DNA from: a virus
Strand: one strand, 5' to 3'
DNA length: 64,000 nt
IMG/VR virus record: IMGVR_UViG_3300031963_000102
Span: 5,732-69,731 of that record
Shown piece by piece: positions 47,081 through 55,846 of the stretch. A program made the position numbers and the translations under genes. The notes beneath the pieces were generated by a model. The model was not told the DNA's origin, did no database searches, and saw only the letters and a list, made by a program, of their open reading frames with translations. How positions within the stretch are numbered: position 1 is the stretch's first letter; every line of letters begins with the position of its first letter.

Positions 47081-47587
47081 ATGACCGACCATCCGTTTGC
47101 AAGGCCACAAGCATCGCTTCGAACGTTCTTTCTGTTGTACCTTCCTCAATTGTTGAAGTTCTGGAAGCTGTGGGTTGCTGCGTTTACGAGACAGCCCTTC
47201 AAGATGAGACTAGATGACAAGGGCACGGTCTTCTTGCTTTCCGGTGTTGACTTGCTGTTGGAAGCGGTCATCAACACGATGTATGTGTTTGTGCTTGCCG
47301 ACATGGCAGCTGCGTTGTATTCAGGAGCGTGGTGGGTGTTGATTGTTGGCCCGCTTGTTGTTATCTCGACGTTGAGAGTCCAGTTCAAGGACTATGAGGA
47401 TGCTCTAGAGTTCGCATACCGTCAGTACGTGAGCAGCTCTGTGGTGAAACCAACGCTCATGACAACGAAAGAGGCAGAAGAGATTCATACTGTTGTGTGT
47501 CCTCCAGGGTATTGGGTCAGTCATACTTACCCAGCAGCAGAACAGCTTCCACCAGAAGACAGTTCTACGCCCGAACCCAAGGAGTAA
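47081..47587 (+). CDS. Membrane protein
   Basis: Several hydrophobic segments; AGGAG upstream of ATG 47081. Confidence 0.6.
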   Translation: MTDHPFARPQASLRTFFLLYLPQLLKFWKLWVAAFTRQPFKMRLDDKGTVFLLSGVDLLLEAVINTMYVFVLADMAAALYSGAWWVLIVGPLVVISTLRVQFKDYEDALEFAYRQYVSSSVVKPTLMTTKEAEEIHTVVCPPGYWVSHTYPAAEQLPPEDSSTPEPKE

Positions 47588-47593
47588 TACATC

Positions 47594-47845
47594 ATGTCAC
47601 ACAAGGGTATAGCGGCACACTACAAGTGTGCCCGTTGTTCGAACAAGTTCTCTATCGAGGCAGGCAGCTTCCACAACCCAAGGTGTACCTTGTGCGAAAG
47701 CGTGTATGTGGAATGGCTGAACTTCGAGCAGTATGTGAAGCAGTGGGGTCCAAGCAACCTTCCAGGAGTTCACAAGAACACCTTCATCACAGTTCAACCA
47801 ACGCTAATGTCTGATGGGAATATCGCAGATAGAAAGCATTCCTGA
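47594..47845 (+). CDS. Zinc-ribbon protein
   Basis: YKCARC...PRCTLC. Confidence 0.6.
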   Translation: MSHKGIAAHYKCARCSNKFSIEAGSFHNPRCTLCESVYVEWLNFEQYVKQWGPSNLPGVHKNTFITVQPTLMSDGNIADRKHS

Positions 47846-48133
47846 GTCAAACTCCCAGTGACAGTTCCTGCACAGCACAAGGACGTTGTCTGGATGGTTT
47901 ACTTCTTTCACCGCTGTCTCTAGAGGGAACTCACAGATGGCTTGCAAGTGAGCCAACTCAACATGTTTGTCATAGCCACAGTTCTGGCAAGGAAGCGAAC
48001 ACAACCTCTTGTTCCACTGTCTGTTTAGCTCTCTCACTTTGTCTCCAACAGACTTAGGTCTTAGAGAACCCTTCAGTCTAAGACTGTACTCCAGCGATGA
48101 TAGAGTCATGTGTTCGTAGTCTTGCCGCTTCAT
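47804..48133 (-). CDS. HNH endonuclease
   Basis: CQNCG...VELAHL...NHPDNVLVLCRNCHWEFD. Confidence 0.8.
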   Translation of the reverse strand: MKRQDYEHMTLSSLEYSLRLKGSLRPKSVGDKVRELNRQWNKRLCSLPCQNCGYDKHVELAHLQAICEFPLETAVKEVNHPDNVLVLCRNCHWEFDSGMLSICDIPIRH

Positions 48134-48161
48134 GATGACATCTACATAACACCAGAGAACA

Positions 48162-48503
48162 ATGAAGTCTAAGAGTTCAAGTCCCAAGAAGCAGAAGAAC
48201 AGATACACTCTCATTGTGTGTTCTCACGTTGTTACCGAACAACACGACCCGCTGCTGTATCGATATGCTTCAACATACACACAAGCACAGCAGGTTGTGA
48301 AAGAACACGGAATCCCACAGACCTTCGTGTTTGACTGGGTTGATGACGAACTCGTGAAGTTCGTTCTGTGGCTGGCGGCAGAACACCTTGATGGAAGGAT
48401 AAAGGGCAACCCACCTTCAACATGGTCGTTCAACGGCAACAACACACCAACAACACAGAAGGCGGCCAAACGCTTGGAAGCGTGGATTTCTCTCGTGTCT
48501 TGA
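48162..48503 (+). CDS. Hypothetical protein
   Basis: 113-aa ORF, ATG start. Confidence 0.5.
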   Translation: MKSKSSSPKKQKNRYTLIVCSHVVTEQHDPLLYRYASTYTQAQQVVKEHGIPQTFVFDWVDDELVKFVLWLAAEHLDGRIKGNPPSTWSFNGNNTPTTQKAAKRLEAWISLVS

Positions 48504-48531
48504 TAGCTATGAAGCAGAGGCTTCGTATATC

Positions 48532-48825
48532 TTGAAGTTCGGAAAGCTTCACACGCTGAAAGAAAGTGCTCTCCTGTGGTCTGGCATGCCCACAACAGAA
48601 TCCTTCAGTGGCTACGATATCATTCTTGCCCTTGAAACAGGCACTCTTCTGCTCGTTCTTGAAAAACATCTCGGCGTGCATGAAGATATGTGGTTTAGAG
48701 TTGTCACTCCCGATGCTATAGTAGGGTTCGTTTACTCGCCTATATGGCATAGCGAACTCACAGTGTTCGAAGAACTAGGAGAACAACAAACCAATGACAA
48801 CCACAACAACACAGAACCCACATGA
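48532..48825 (+). CDS. SH3b-like small family protein
   Basis: FGKL...ETGTLLLVLE...WFRVVTPDAIVGFV. Confidence 0.55.
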   Translation: MKFGKLHTLKESALLWSGMPTTESFSGYDIILALETGTLLLVLEKHLGVHEDMWFRVVTPDAIVGFVYSPIWHSELTVFEELGEQQTNDNHNNTEPT

Positions 48826-49795
48826 CGCAGAATATCTAAAGCTCCTGGAAGACGTTCTAGAGAACGGAGAGTATCAGACGACCAGAGCTGTGCTCAAGTC
48901 AACAGGACGCCCTGTTGGAGCGTATACGGTCTTTGGGAGGCAATCTAGATTCAATCTCAGGAAGGGCTTTCCTATCCTGACAACCAAGCAAGTTCCATTC
49001 CGACTTGTGGCTTCCGAACTCTTATGGTTCCTTTCTGGAAGCAGCGATGTGAAGAAGCTGCAAGAACAGAACAACCACATCTGGGATGAATGGGCCACAA
49101 AAGAACAGTGTGCGAAGTTCGGAAGGGAAGAGGGAGACCTTGGACCCGTCTATGGCCCGTTGTGGAGGAAGTGGGATACAGGCAAACCACAATACAGAAA
49201 TCCTCAAAACTTTGTCTTCGAGCCAGGAAGCGCAACGCTTGTAACTGACATGACAGAAGAAGAAGTTGAAAGGTTGGAAAAATCCAATGAATTCATGCAG
49301 TCGCCATGGACAATCGACCAAATCGCCAACGTTATTCAGCAGATAAAGACCAGTCCAACATCGAGGAGACTGATTGTCTCGGGCTGGAATCCTGCAACCT
49401 GCGATAAGGTCAGTCTTCCTCCATGCCACACGATGTTCCAGTTCAAGGTAACACACGACAACACAAGGTTGAGCTGTCAGCTGTATCAGAGGAGCGGGGA
49501 TATTTTCCTAGGAATTCCGTTCAACATAGCGAGCTATGCCTTGCTGACGCACATGGTTGCTCAGGCAGCAGGTCTTGAAGTTGGAGAGTTCATTCACACC
49601 TTCGGAGACCTGCACGTTTATGAAAACCATGTCGAGCAAGCAAAAGAACAGTTGAGCAGAGCATCATCATCATTCTCGCCGCCAACACTCGTGCTTGACC
49701 CAACCATCAAGAACATTGACGACTTCAAGCTGGAACACTTGAAACTCCAGGACTATCAATCACACCCAGCAATCAAGGGAGAAGTAGCAGTATGA
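48794..49795 (+). CDS. thyA: Thymidylate synthase
   Basis: ELLWFLSG, IWDEWA, LGPVYG, SRRLIV, LPPCH, LYQRSGDIFLGIPFNIASY, HVYENH, ..VAV. Confidence 0.97.
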   Translation: MTTTTTQNPHDAEYLKLLEDVLENGEYQTTRAVLKSTGRPVGAYTVFGRQSRFNLRKGFPILTTKQVPFRLVASELLWFLSGSSDVKKLQEQNNHIWDEWATKEQCAKFGREEGDLGPVYGPLWRKWDTGKPQYRNPQNFVFEPGSATLVTDMTEEEVERLEKSNEFMQSPWTIDQIANVIQQIKTSPTSRRLIVSGWNPATCDKVSLPPCHTMFQFKVTHDNTRLSCQLYQRSGDIFLGIPFNIASYALLTHMVAQAAGLEVGEFIHTFGDLHVYENHVEQAKEQLSRASSSFSPPTLVLDPTIKNIDDFKLEHLKLQDYQSHPAIKGEVAV

Positions 49796-50079
49796 AACCA
49801 GAATATCTCAAGCTGTTTGACTTTCTAATGGAAATTATGCTCCAAGAGTGTGGAGATGGCGACGCTTGGGTGTACTGCAAATATACCGACGTTGATGATA
49901 TGGCGGCTGCATTCGAGAAGTACCTTGCAGAAAACATAAGACCCCATAATTTGAGCCGCTATCCTTCACGGAAAGAAGGTGAATACCTGTTTTCCGATGG
50001 TTGCAACGAAAATGTCGTGTTCACGAAACACTTGGACGACCCTTGTCCTACTTGGGTGTCAGTGAAGGTTGTGTTGTGA
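49792..50079 (+). CDS. Hypothetical protein
   Basis: ATGA-coupled to thyA. Confidence 0.6.
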   Translation: MKPEYLKLFDFLMEIMLQECGDGDAWVYCKYTDVDDMAAAFEKYLAENIRPHNLSRYPSRKEGEYLFSDGCNENVVFTKHLDDPCPTWVSVKVVL

Positions 50080-50112
50080 CAAATGCACGAGTAGCGGTCT
50101 AGCAAATATTCC

Positions 50113-50141
50113 TTGGCTTCGAATATTCTCCATGGTAAGGT
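50113..50141 (+). promoter_or_regulatory. sigma70-like promoter TTGGCT-17-TAAGGT
   Basis: AATATTCC upstream, TGG before the -10 box. Confidence 0.55.
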
Positions 50142-50189
50142 GATTGCAGTCAACGCAACTCCTAACTCAGGAAGAGACACACACAAGCG

Positions 50190-50465
50190 ATGTCAAGCAC
50201 ACTAACTAACAAGCTCAGAGCTCTGAAGGCCATGTATCAACTGGCAAGAACAGCCTTGGTTGCACCAGAACAGAAGCCGCTGGCAGAACCAAAGTCAACG
50301 GATCAGTGTTGGGTTTCCGATTGCGAAGACTGTCAAAAGCTCCGGAGACCATGCTGTTCTTATCATGACTTGCCTTGTCATGAGTGCAGAGCACAAGCGA
50401 AGCCGTGTTCGTACGTGTACGGTTGTTCAACCCTTGCAGACAAGGACTGCGGAGAGCCTCAGTGA
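50190..50465 (+). CDS. Cys-rich hypothetical protein
   Basis: CWVSDCEDC...CC..H..CHEC...C...C. Confidence 0.55.
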   Translation: MSSTLTNKLRALKAMYQLARTALVAPEQKPLAEPKSTDQCWVSDCEDCQKLRRPCCSYHDLPCHECRAQAKPCSYVYGCSTLADKDCGEPQ

Positions 50466-50716
50466 CTCAACGTGCCAAGAAGGCCGTCAAACCCGGAATG
50501 CTCATAATCCATCACAAGTGGGCAGAAAAGGGTTACGTTCCTGTGTTTGTGTTGTCGGCCAAGGCATATGACAGTGCGCATGGGCCTACAGTTGCAACCT
50601 ATGAAGGCCATAGCTGTGATTTCTGGACGTACCAGCTATACGTTGATAAAACCGGTACCATTCATATCAGGGACGCTTACTGGTGCAGTTGTTGCCTCGA
50701 TGTGTTGGGTGAGTAA
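50462..50716 (+). CDS. Array protein, CxCC subfamily
   Basis: VKPGMLI...WCSCCLDVL. Confidence 0.7.
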   Translation: MTQRAKKAVKPGMLIIHHKWAEKGYVPVFVLSAKAYDSAHGPTVATYEGHSCDFWTYQLYVDKTGTIHIRDAYWCSCCLDVLGE

Positions 50717-50719
50717 GTC

Positions 50720-50941
50720 ATGAATGCAAAGAAGAACATCACTCCTGGAATGCTTGTACGCTTGATAACTGGCAGACACGATGTCAAAAACATGGTGCTG
50801 TTCGTTGTGGAAGCACACCCTTTTGTATGCATCGATGCAGCACCTCATAGCCCCGATGTGGAAATTGTAGTCGTTCGTCCAGATGGTACAGCAATAGGTG
50901 GGAACGCTTGTTCTTGTTGCATCGAAGTGTTGAATGACTAA
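50720..50941 (+). CDS. Array protein, CxCC subfamily
   Basis: ITPGMLVR...ACSCCIEVL. Confidence 0.7.
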   Translation: MNAKKNITPGMLVRLITGRHDVKNMVLFVVEAHPFVCIDAAPHSPDVEIVVVRPDGTAIGGNACSCCIEVLND

Positions 50942-50944
50942 GTC

Positions 50945-51178
50945 ATGAAGAAGCTGAAGCAGAACATCCAACCAGGAATGCTTATACGTCATCGTACGCA
51001 GGATCCGACCGTTCTGCCGACCGTTCTGCTTGTCTTGGAGATTGTGCCCCGACGGCACCATGCGGCCCACCGCCTACACGACTGTGACGCACTCATACAT
51101 TACATGTATGCTGGGGAAGACGTCACCAGCCTCGATGATGGCTACATCTGCACCTGCTGCTACGAAGTGTTGAGGTAG
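50945..51178 (+). CDS. Array protein, CxCC subfamily
   Basis: IQPGMLIRHR...ICTCCYEVL. Confidence 0.7.
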   Translation: MKKLKQNIQPGMLIRHRTQDPTVLPTVLLVLEIVPRRHHAAHRLHDCDALIHYMYAGEDVTSLDDGYICTCCYEVLR

Positions 51179-51184
51179 TAAAGA

Positions 51185-51409
51185 ATGGACATGAAACAGA
51201 ACCTCAAAGCAGGGATGCTTATACGCCACCGTGTGTATCGCCACCTGTCCGTTTTGCTTCTTGTGAAGATTGAGAATCGACGAAACCATTCGTCCCAACA
51301 CCCACACACCGCCGATGCTTGGGTCCAATACATGTACGCTGGGGACGATGGAGTGAACATCTACGACAGTTACATCTGCACCTGTTGCTATGAAGTGTTG
51401 AGCGAGTAA
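51185..51409 (+). CDS. Array protein, CxCC subfamily
   Basis: LKAGMLIRHR...ICTCCYEVL. Confidence 0.7.
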   Translation: MDMKQNLKAGMLIRHRVYRHLSVLLLVKIENRRNHSSQHPHTADAWVQYMYAGDDGVNIYDSYICTCCYEVLSE

Positions 51410-51414
51410 ATAAG

Positions 51415-51639
51415 ATGAAAAGAAAACCGAGTTTCAAGCCTGGAATGCTTGTCCGATACATTGGAAGAACGCCGACTTCGATTACAGGCATGCTTCTAGA
51501 AGTAAGAGACTACATTGCCGACGACTACTCGTCCAAACACTTCTCGGACGTATACGTGCATATCCTTGACCGTAACGGTAACGTGCTTGATGGCTGCTCA
51601 TGTTCTTGTTCTAGTTGCTGGGAAACTGTAGCAGAATAA
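51415..51639 (+). CDS. Array protein, Cys-tailed
   Basis: FKPGMLVR...CSCSCSSCWE. Confidence 0.7.
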   Translation: MKRKPSFKPGMLVRYIGRTPTSITGMLLEVRDYIADDYSSKHFSDVYVHILDRNGNVLDGCSCSCSSCWETVAE

Positions 51640-51643
51640 CAAC

Positions 51644-51901
51644 ATGAAAAAAGACTTCGTTGTAACACCAGGAATGGTGCTCAGGGTTCGCAGGAAACCC
51701 TACTACAGAGCCTTGATGTTCGACGCCAATGGTACACATATCAGGCGTTTGGATGACGGCGAATTGGTCACCGTTCTTCGGTATGTCGAGCGTGGCAGGG
51801 CACAGAGCCATATAGCTGTGATTGCCAGCGATTGTTCTGTTGGTTTTCTGTGGTGGGAACGAGAAGCTTTCGAAGCGTCGGAATATTCCTTGACACCCTA
51901 A
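51644..51901 (+). CDS. Array protein, SH3b-like
   Basis: VTPGMVLR...DGELVTVL...VGFL. Confidence 0.65.
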   Translation: MKKDFVVTPGMVLRVRRKPYYRALMFDANGTHIRRLDDGELVTVLRYVERGRAQSHIAVIASDCSVGFLWWEREAFEASEYSLTP

Positions 51902-51918
51902 ATCCTGACTGATAGGAT
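51890..51918 (+). promoter_or_regulatory. sigma70-like leaderless promoter TTGACA-17-TAGGAT-6-ATG
   Basis: GAATATTCC upstream; ATG at 51925. Confidence 0.8.
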
Positions 51919-51924
51919 GCTAGC

Positions 51925-52209
51925 ATGGAATACACTGGAGCTCTGAAGCTGGGCGCTCTGTACAGACGGACCGGTCGAGACAGCTTGCTGTTGTTCGATT
52001 ATGCGTCCAACCTGAACCAACAAGAAAATCACTTGCAATGTAGCCTAAGACAAAAGCTTTCGCACGGCACTGTTGTGGTGGTTTTCTATGTGGAGGAAGT
52101 GAGTGGTTCAAACTCGTTCAAGGTGTCGTTGCTGTTGCCTGACGGCACGCTTGGAACGTTGTGGCAAACCTACCTCAAGAGAGACGACTGGGAACAGGTT
52201 GGAGAATAG
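51925..52209 (+). CDS. Array protein (LFD[YF] subfamily)
   Basis: LGALYR...LFDY...LLPDGTLGTLW..DWEQV. Confidence 0.7.
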   Translation: MEYTGALKLGALYRRTGRDSLLLFDYASNLNQQENHLQCSLRQKLSHGTVVVVFYVEEVSGSNSFKVSLLLPDGTLGTLWQTYLKRDDWEQVGE

Positions 52210-52212
52210 CTG

Positions 52213-52476
52213 GTGAAAACCTCAGAGTTACAGCCCGGTTCGATGTATCGATACACTGGCCCGATCAGTTTCATTCATACAATACGCACACAGTCAATAC
52301 CCACGTCTATAAGTGCCGTAGTTAGCGCAGGAGAGTTCGGAACACTTCACAAGGGTGATGTTGTGCTGGTTCTGGAGCTTCAAGCGACTGAACTGGTCGG
52401 AGTGAGAATTCTCAGTGCGGAAGGAATCTCGTCTTGGGTGTGGCATGAGTGTGACTGGGAGCAAGTATCGACATGA
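52213..52476 (+). CDS. Array protein, SH3b-like
   Basis: LQPGSMYR...KGDVVLVLE...DWEQV. Confidence 0.7.
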   Translation: MKTSELQPGSMYRYTGPISFIHTIRTQSIPTSISAVVSAGEFGTLHKGDVVLVLELQATELVGVRILSAEGISSWVWHECDWEQVST

Positions 52477-52757
52477 TTACAAGCTTCGTTCCGGGGAAAC
52501 TATACAAGCTAAACGACGATGGAATAACCCTTTTTGACTTCTACGTCAACATGAACAAGACCGCCACTGTGCTTGAATGCATGTTGAAACGCAGGATACG
52601 GAAAACAGAAGTGGTTGCGTGTGTCCGAGTAGAACCGGTTACAAACCATGATGGGGAAATATATGACAAGTTGTCATTCCTGCTGGGAGATGGTGTGCTT
52701 GGAACGCTGTGGAACTTGGGACAGGTTTGTTACTTGTTTGAAGAAGTAGAGGAGTAA
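52473..52757 (+). CDS. Array protein (LFD[YF] subfamily)
   Basis: FVPGKLYK...LFDF...GDGVLGTLW. Confidence 0.7.
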   Translation: MITSFVPGKLYKLNDDGITLFDFYVNMNKTATVLECMLKRRIRKTEVVACVRVEPVTNHDGEIYDKLSFLLGDGVLGTLWNLGQVCYLFEEVEE

Positions 52758-52761
52758 GACA

Positions 52762-53064
52762 ATGACGGACATACAACTAGTTCCGATGGTTTTCCCTGTT
52801 GTGGGAAAGTTGTATCGATACAAGCGTGGCGGCACTGCGCTGTTTGACTATGTTTCAAACCAAAACAGTACCATGAGGCATGCTCTAAGCAACCCACTTG
52901 ATTACAGTCCGGCTCCGGGTGACATTGTGCTGTGTGTGAGGCTTGCAACGGAAGAGAGTGTATTTGGCGCAGAAACTCGTGTGTCGTTTTTGTGTGGGAA
53001 TGGTGTGTGGGGAACACGGTGGGTAAACTCTGACTTTTTCCAAATCTACGAGTTAGTGGAATGA
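52762..53064 (+). CDS. Array protein (LFD[YF] subfamily)
   Basis: PVVGKLYR...LFDY...GNGVWGTRW. Confidence 0.7.
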   Translation: MTDIQLVPMVFPVVGKLYRYKRGGTALFDYVSNQNSTMRHALSNPLDYSPAPGDIVLCVRLATEESVFGAETRVSFLCGNGVWGTRWVNSDFFQIYELVE

Positions 53065-53067
53065 TTC

Positions 53068-53322
53068 ATGAAACACGTTCCCTTTCTGGAGTTGCAACCT
53101 GGGATGGTTCTTCGGTTTTTGCCCGACCATATTCGGAGAAACTACTGGCGCTATGATGGCGAACAGAAGTTCGCAGAGTGCCGCCCGTATAAGGGCGAGC
53201 TAGTTGTTGTTATGCCACAAACGAGAAGTCTAGGCGGCAGCCAGATTTGTGTCATCAGCAGTCATTGCATCCCGGTTCGAGTCGACTACTACAGCTTCGA
53301 ATGGGAACTGGCAGAGGAGTAA
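53068..53322 (+). CDS. Array protein
   Basis: LQPGMVLR...KGELVVV...EWEL. Confidence 0.7.
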   Translation: MKHVPFLELQPGMVLRFLPDHIRRNYWRYDGEQKFAECRPYKGELVVVMPQTRSLGGSQICVISSHCIPVRVDYYSFEWELAEE

Positions 53323-53328
53323 GGCGCT

Positions 53329-53568
53329 ATGGATCCACGAGACTGCACGATCGGTTCGCTCTTGGTCCGCACGGAATGGTACACAAGGTATCTCCGAGTT
53401 GAAACCGACTATATGTCTGACCAACTGCTAGAAGTTTGGAAAAACGACGTGGTGATGATTCTTCGGTTCTCAGATGAAGACTGCACCAGCAACACACTTG
53501 TGCTTCATCACTCGGGCGTTGTGGGCTGGATATCGTTCTACTCCGAAGAGTGGAGAAAGCTGAGCTAG
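53329..53568 (+). CDS. Array protein
   Basis: IGSLL...HSGVVGWI..EWRKL. Confidence 0.7.
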   Translation: MDPRDCTIGSLLVRTEWYTRYLRVETDYMSDQLLEVWKNDVVMILRFSDEDCTSNTLVLHHSGVVGWISFYSEEWRKLS

Positions 53569-53570
53569 TC

Positions 53571-53807
53571 ATGACATATTCGTTGATTCCGCCAGAAACG
53601 CTGATTCCCGGAAAGCTTCTGAAGTACAAGACAAACAAAACGACGTTTCTCTTTGGGACGACCTTCCCAGGAGGTTACAGGCACGTTTGCGCCGGTGAAG
53701 TTTTCTTACTCGTTCGCCTTGAAGGTTACTCGATTGAGTTGCTGTCACCTGACGGCCACATGGGCTATATGGGATGGGATTCACGGTGCTGGGAGATTAT
53801 TCCTTGA
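53571..53807 (+). CDS. Array protein
   Basis: LIPGKLL...AGEVFLLV...PDGHMGY..CWEII. Confidence 0.7.
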   Translation: MTYSLIPPETLIPGKLLKYKTNKTTFLFGTTFPGGYRHVCAGEVFLLVRLEGYSIELLSPDGHMGYMGWDSRCWEIIP

Positions 53808-53832
53808 AATAGACCACGCCAACTGCTATACT
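53804..53832 (+). promoter_or_regulatory. sigma70-like leaderless promoter TTGAAA-17-TATACT-7-ATG
   Basis: ATTATTCC upstream; ATG at 53840. Confidence 0.8.
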
Positions 53833-53839
53833 GTGGTCT

Positions 53840-54082
53840 ATGAGCAAAGGTCCGTCAACTCCTGAGCCTGGAACAGTGCTGCGCTACGTGTACAGTGACC
53901 TGTACTCAACCTATGTGCATTTGCTAGCAAACTCACGACCGGTTTACAGTGGTGAACTTGTCTTTGTTTTGGCGGGGGTTTATAACAATGACAAGAGTGT
54001 GTTGTGCAAGTGTGCTCTGGCCGACGGAACTGTTGGGTCATTCTGGTATGACGCTTCCGAATGGGAAAAAATTGAGCAATGA
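53840..54082 (+). CDS. Array protein
   Basis: PEPGTVLR...SGELVFVL...ADGTVG..EWEKI. Confidence 0.7.
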   Translation: MSKGPSTPEPGTVLRYVYSDLYSTYVHLLANSRPVYSGELVFVLAGVYNNDKSVLCKCALADGTVGSFWYDASEWEKIEQ

Positions 54083-54321
54083 ACGAGCACATGGTTGAGT
54101 CTGTTGTTGGCACGCTCATGCGTCGAACAGAAGAATGTACAAGAACCCTTCGAGCAGGGCCGTCACACTATTACAAGGGAGATGTGGTTGTGAGACAAGG
54201 TGATGTTGTTATGCTTGTAGGCAACCCACACGTACTTTCCAGATATGTTCGAGTCGTGCATGCGTCTGGAGCTGTTGGGTATGTGTATTTCGCTGCTAAC
54301 GAATGGGAGTTGGTACCATGA
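54079..54321 (+). CDS. Array protein, clearest SH3b (SH3_3-like) match
   Basis: LRAGPSHYY...QGDVVMLV...YVRVVHASGAVGYV. Confidence 0.7.
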   Translation: MNEHMVESVVGTLMRRTEECTRTLRAGPSHYYKGDVVVRQGDVVMLVGNPHVLSRYVRVVHASGAVGYVYFAANEWELVP

Positions 54322-54602
54322 ACAGAATGCCGTTGAAGCGAGCCATGACCGTCCAGGCAGGCACCGTGCTCGTGCTTGTGGTTCCATACAGCCTCACGTT
54401 TTTCTCGCATCGTGCATTGTACGGCCAGGACTACAAAGACAGGAATCGACGAATACACAGTAAAGACACGGTGGTTCTGCTGGAAGAACACCGGTTCGAA
54501 AGTACAGCGCCCATCATGCCGACACGAGTTCATGTGCTTCATCAGTCGGGTGATATGGGGTTCATCGTGCTAAGCCCAAACGAATGGGAGATGATCCAGT
54601 GA
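54318..54602 (+). CDS. Array protein
   Basis: VQAGTVL...HQSGDMGFI..EWEM. Confidence 0.7.
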   Translation: MNRMPLKRAMTVQAGTVLVLVVPYSLTFFSHRALYGQDYKDRNRRIHSKDTVVLLEEHRFESTAPIMPTRVHVLHQSGDMGFIVLSPNEWEMIQ

Positions 54603-54913
54603 GCGAACAACTTCAAGACATAACGGCAAAACTTGACATGCAAAAGCTTTGTCAGGGCGACATGATTCAGAACTCCCACCAGCAATATAGCTGGCCATTG
54701 CATGAAGTTGACCCAACGTCACACAATGGCGAATATCTTCTGCAAATGAGAAACACGGAGCTAGCTCGACCTGGAGACGTGGTATTGTTGTTGCGTAAGT
54801 TTTTTTATGCGACCCGCACCCGAGAATCAGACATGTGGTATGTTCTGACATGCCATGGAGATGTCGGCATCATGCATGTGAACCCAAACTGGTGGAAGCT
54901 GGTGGAGTCATGA
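54599..54913 (+). CDS. Array protein
   Basis: PGDVVLLL...CHGDVGI..WWKLVE. Confidence 0.65.
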   Translation: MSEQLQDITAKLDMQKLCQGDMIQNSHQQYSWPLHEVDPTSHNGEYLLQMRNTELARPGDVVLLLRKFFYATRTRESDMWYVLTCHGDVGIMHVNPNWWKLVES

Positions 54914-55161
54914 AGGAATTCAAGCCTGGAGACTTGGTGGTAAAGACAGCCGAGAACTCACAATGGCTATGGACCATAGATGGTCACAACACACTGTCCC
55001 AGGAAAGATTGCAAGCAGGCGTCGTAGCACTCTTGTTGTCGAAGATGGACAGCAGTGATTCCCCAGCGAGCCTGTATGATTGGTTGTGCCTGACTTCAAC
55101 GGGTATTGTCGGGGTAATTGCTGTAAGATATGATTGTTGGAAGGCAGCGTCTTCGACATGA
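54910..55161 (+). CDS. Array protein
   Basis: FKPGDLV...STGIVGV..CWK. Confidence 0.7.
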   Translation: MKEFKPGDLVVKTAENSQWLWTIDGHNTLSQERLQAGVVALLLSKMDSSDSPASLYDWLCLTSTGIVGVIAVRYDCWKAASST

Positions 55162-55484
55162 GCAATGATCCACCGGCACGGTTCCAGCCCGGAAAGTTGC
55201 TGGCACGAAGCAGGAAGTTTCCTGGAAGGCTTCGTTACGTTCACAACGTGTCGGAATCACCCGGAGCATTCAGTTCAGCGCCTCTGTTTGAAGGCGATGT
55301 TGTTTTTGTCATCGGTGATGCCAGAGCGTATGAAGGCAGGAATGGAGATGGCGTGTATGGCAGCTATCGAGCAACCATTCTGTTTCCTGAGACTGGAACT
55401 GTAGGCGAAGTGAACATGTATCTGGAAGAGTGGGACGACGTACCGTCGGAATGCCTGGATATATCCACGCAGAATAATGGTTGA
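55158..55484 (+). CDS. Array protein
   Basis: FQPGKLL...EGDVVFVI...ETGTVG..EWDDV. Confidence 0.7.
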   Translation: MSNDPPARFQPGKLLARSRKFPGRLRYVHNVSESPGAFSSAPLFEGDVVFVIGDARAYEGRNGDGVYGSYRATILFPETGTVGEVNMYLEEWDDVPSECLDISTQNNG

Positions 55485-55509
55485 GATTCAGCCCTGTCCA
55501 TGGTATTCT
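55481..55509 (+). promoter_or_regulatory. sigma70-like leaderless promoter TTGAGA-17-TATTCT-6-ATG
   Basis: GAATAATGG upstream; ATG at 55516. Confidence 0.75.
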
Positions 55510-55515
55510 AGTAAC

Positions 55516-55818
55516 ATGAAGAGCGAAACGGAAGACGGGTCGGTGGACTTCTCGATGTTCGAGAGCGACCCTGTGTTTCATGAGAGGCTCGAACAGTCTC
55601 GGGAAGACACCCTCAAGGCGATGGAAGCCATGGAGCAAGAGCCCGTTCGTTGCTGGAGCCTCTTCTGCTCGAAGACCATCCTGAAGGGTGAAGCCGTGCA
55701 GGCTGAAGGTTCAACCATGCTTACGGATCATCGATTCTTCTGCTCGAAGGATTGTGTTCATCGCTGGGAAGAACACATGCAGGATGTGTCCGAAGACTTT
55801 TCCGCCGACTACGAGTGA
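55516..55818 (+). CDS. Acidic protein with TRASH/MYM-like zinc finger
   Basis: CWSLFC...FFCSKDC. Confidence 0.55.
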   Translation: MKSETEDGSVDFSMFESDPVFHERLEQSREDTLKAMEAMEQEPVRCWSLFCSKTILKGEAVQAEGSTMLTDHRFFCSKDCVHRWEEHMQDVSEDFSADYE

Positions 55819-55846
55819 CATAACTAACCCTGAAAGGGTGAGCGTC

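Noticed and set aside
48794-49795. thyA as a dCMP hydroxymethylase or an intron/intein-containing gene
   Set aside because: PFNIASY keeps the dUMP-specifying Asn. The ORF is continuous, and the short insertion lies in a normally variable region.
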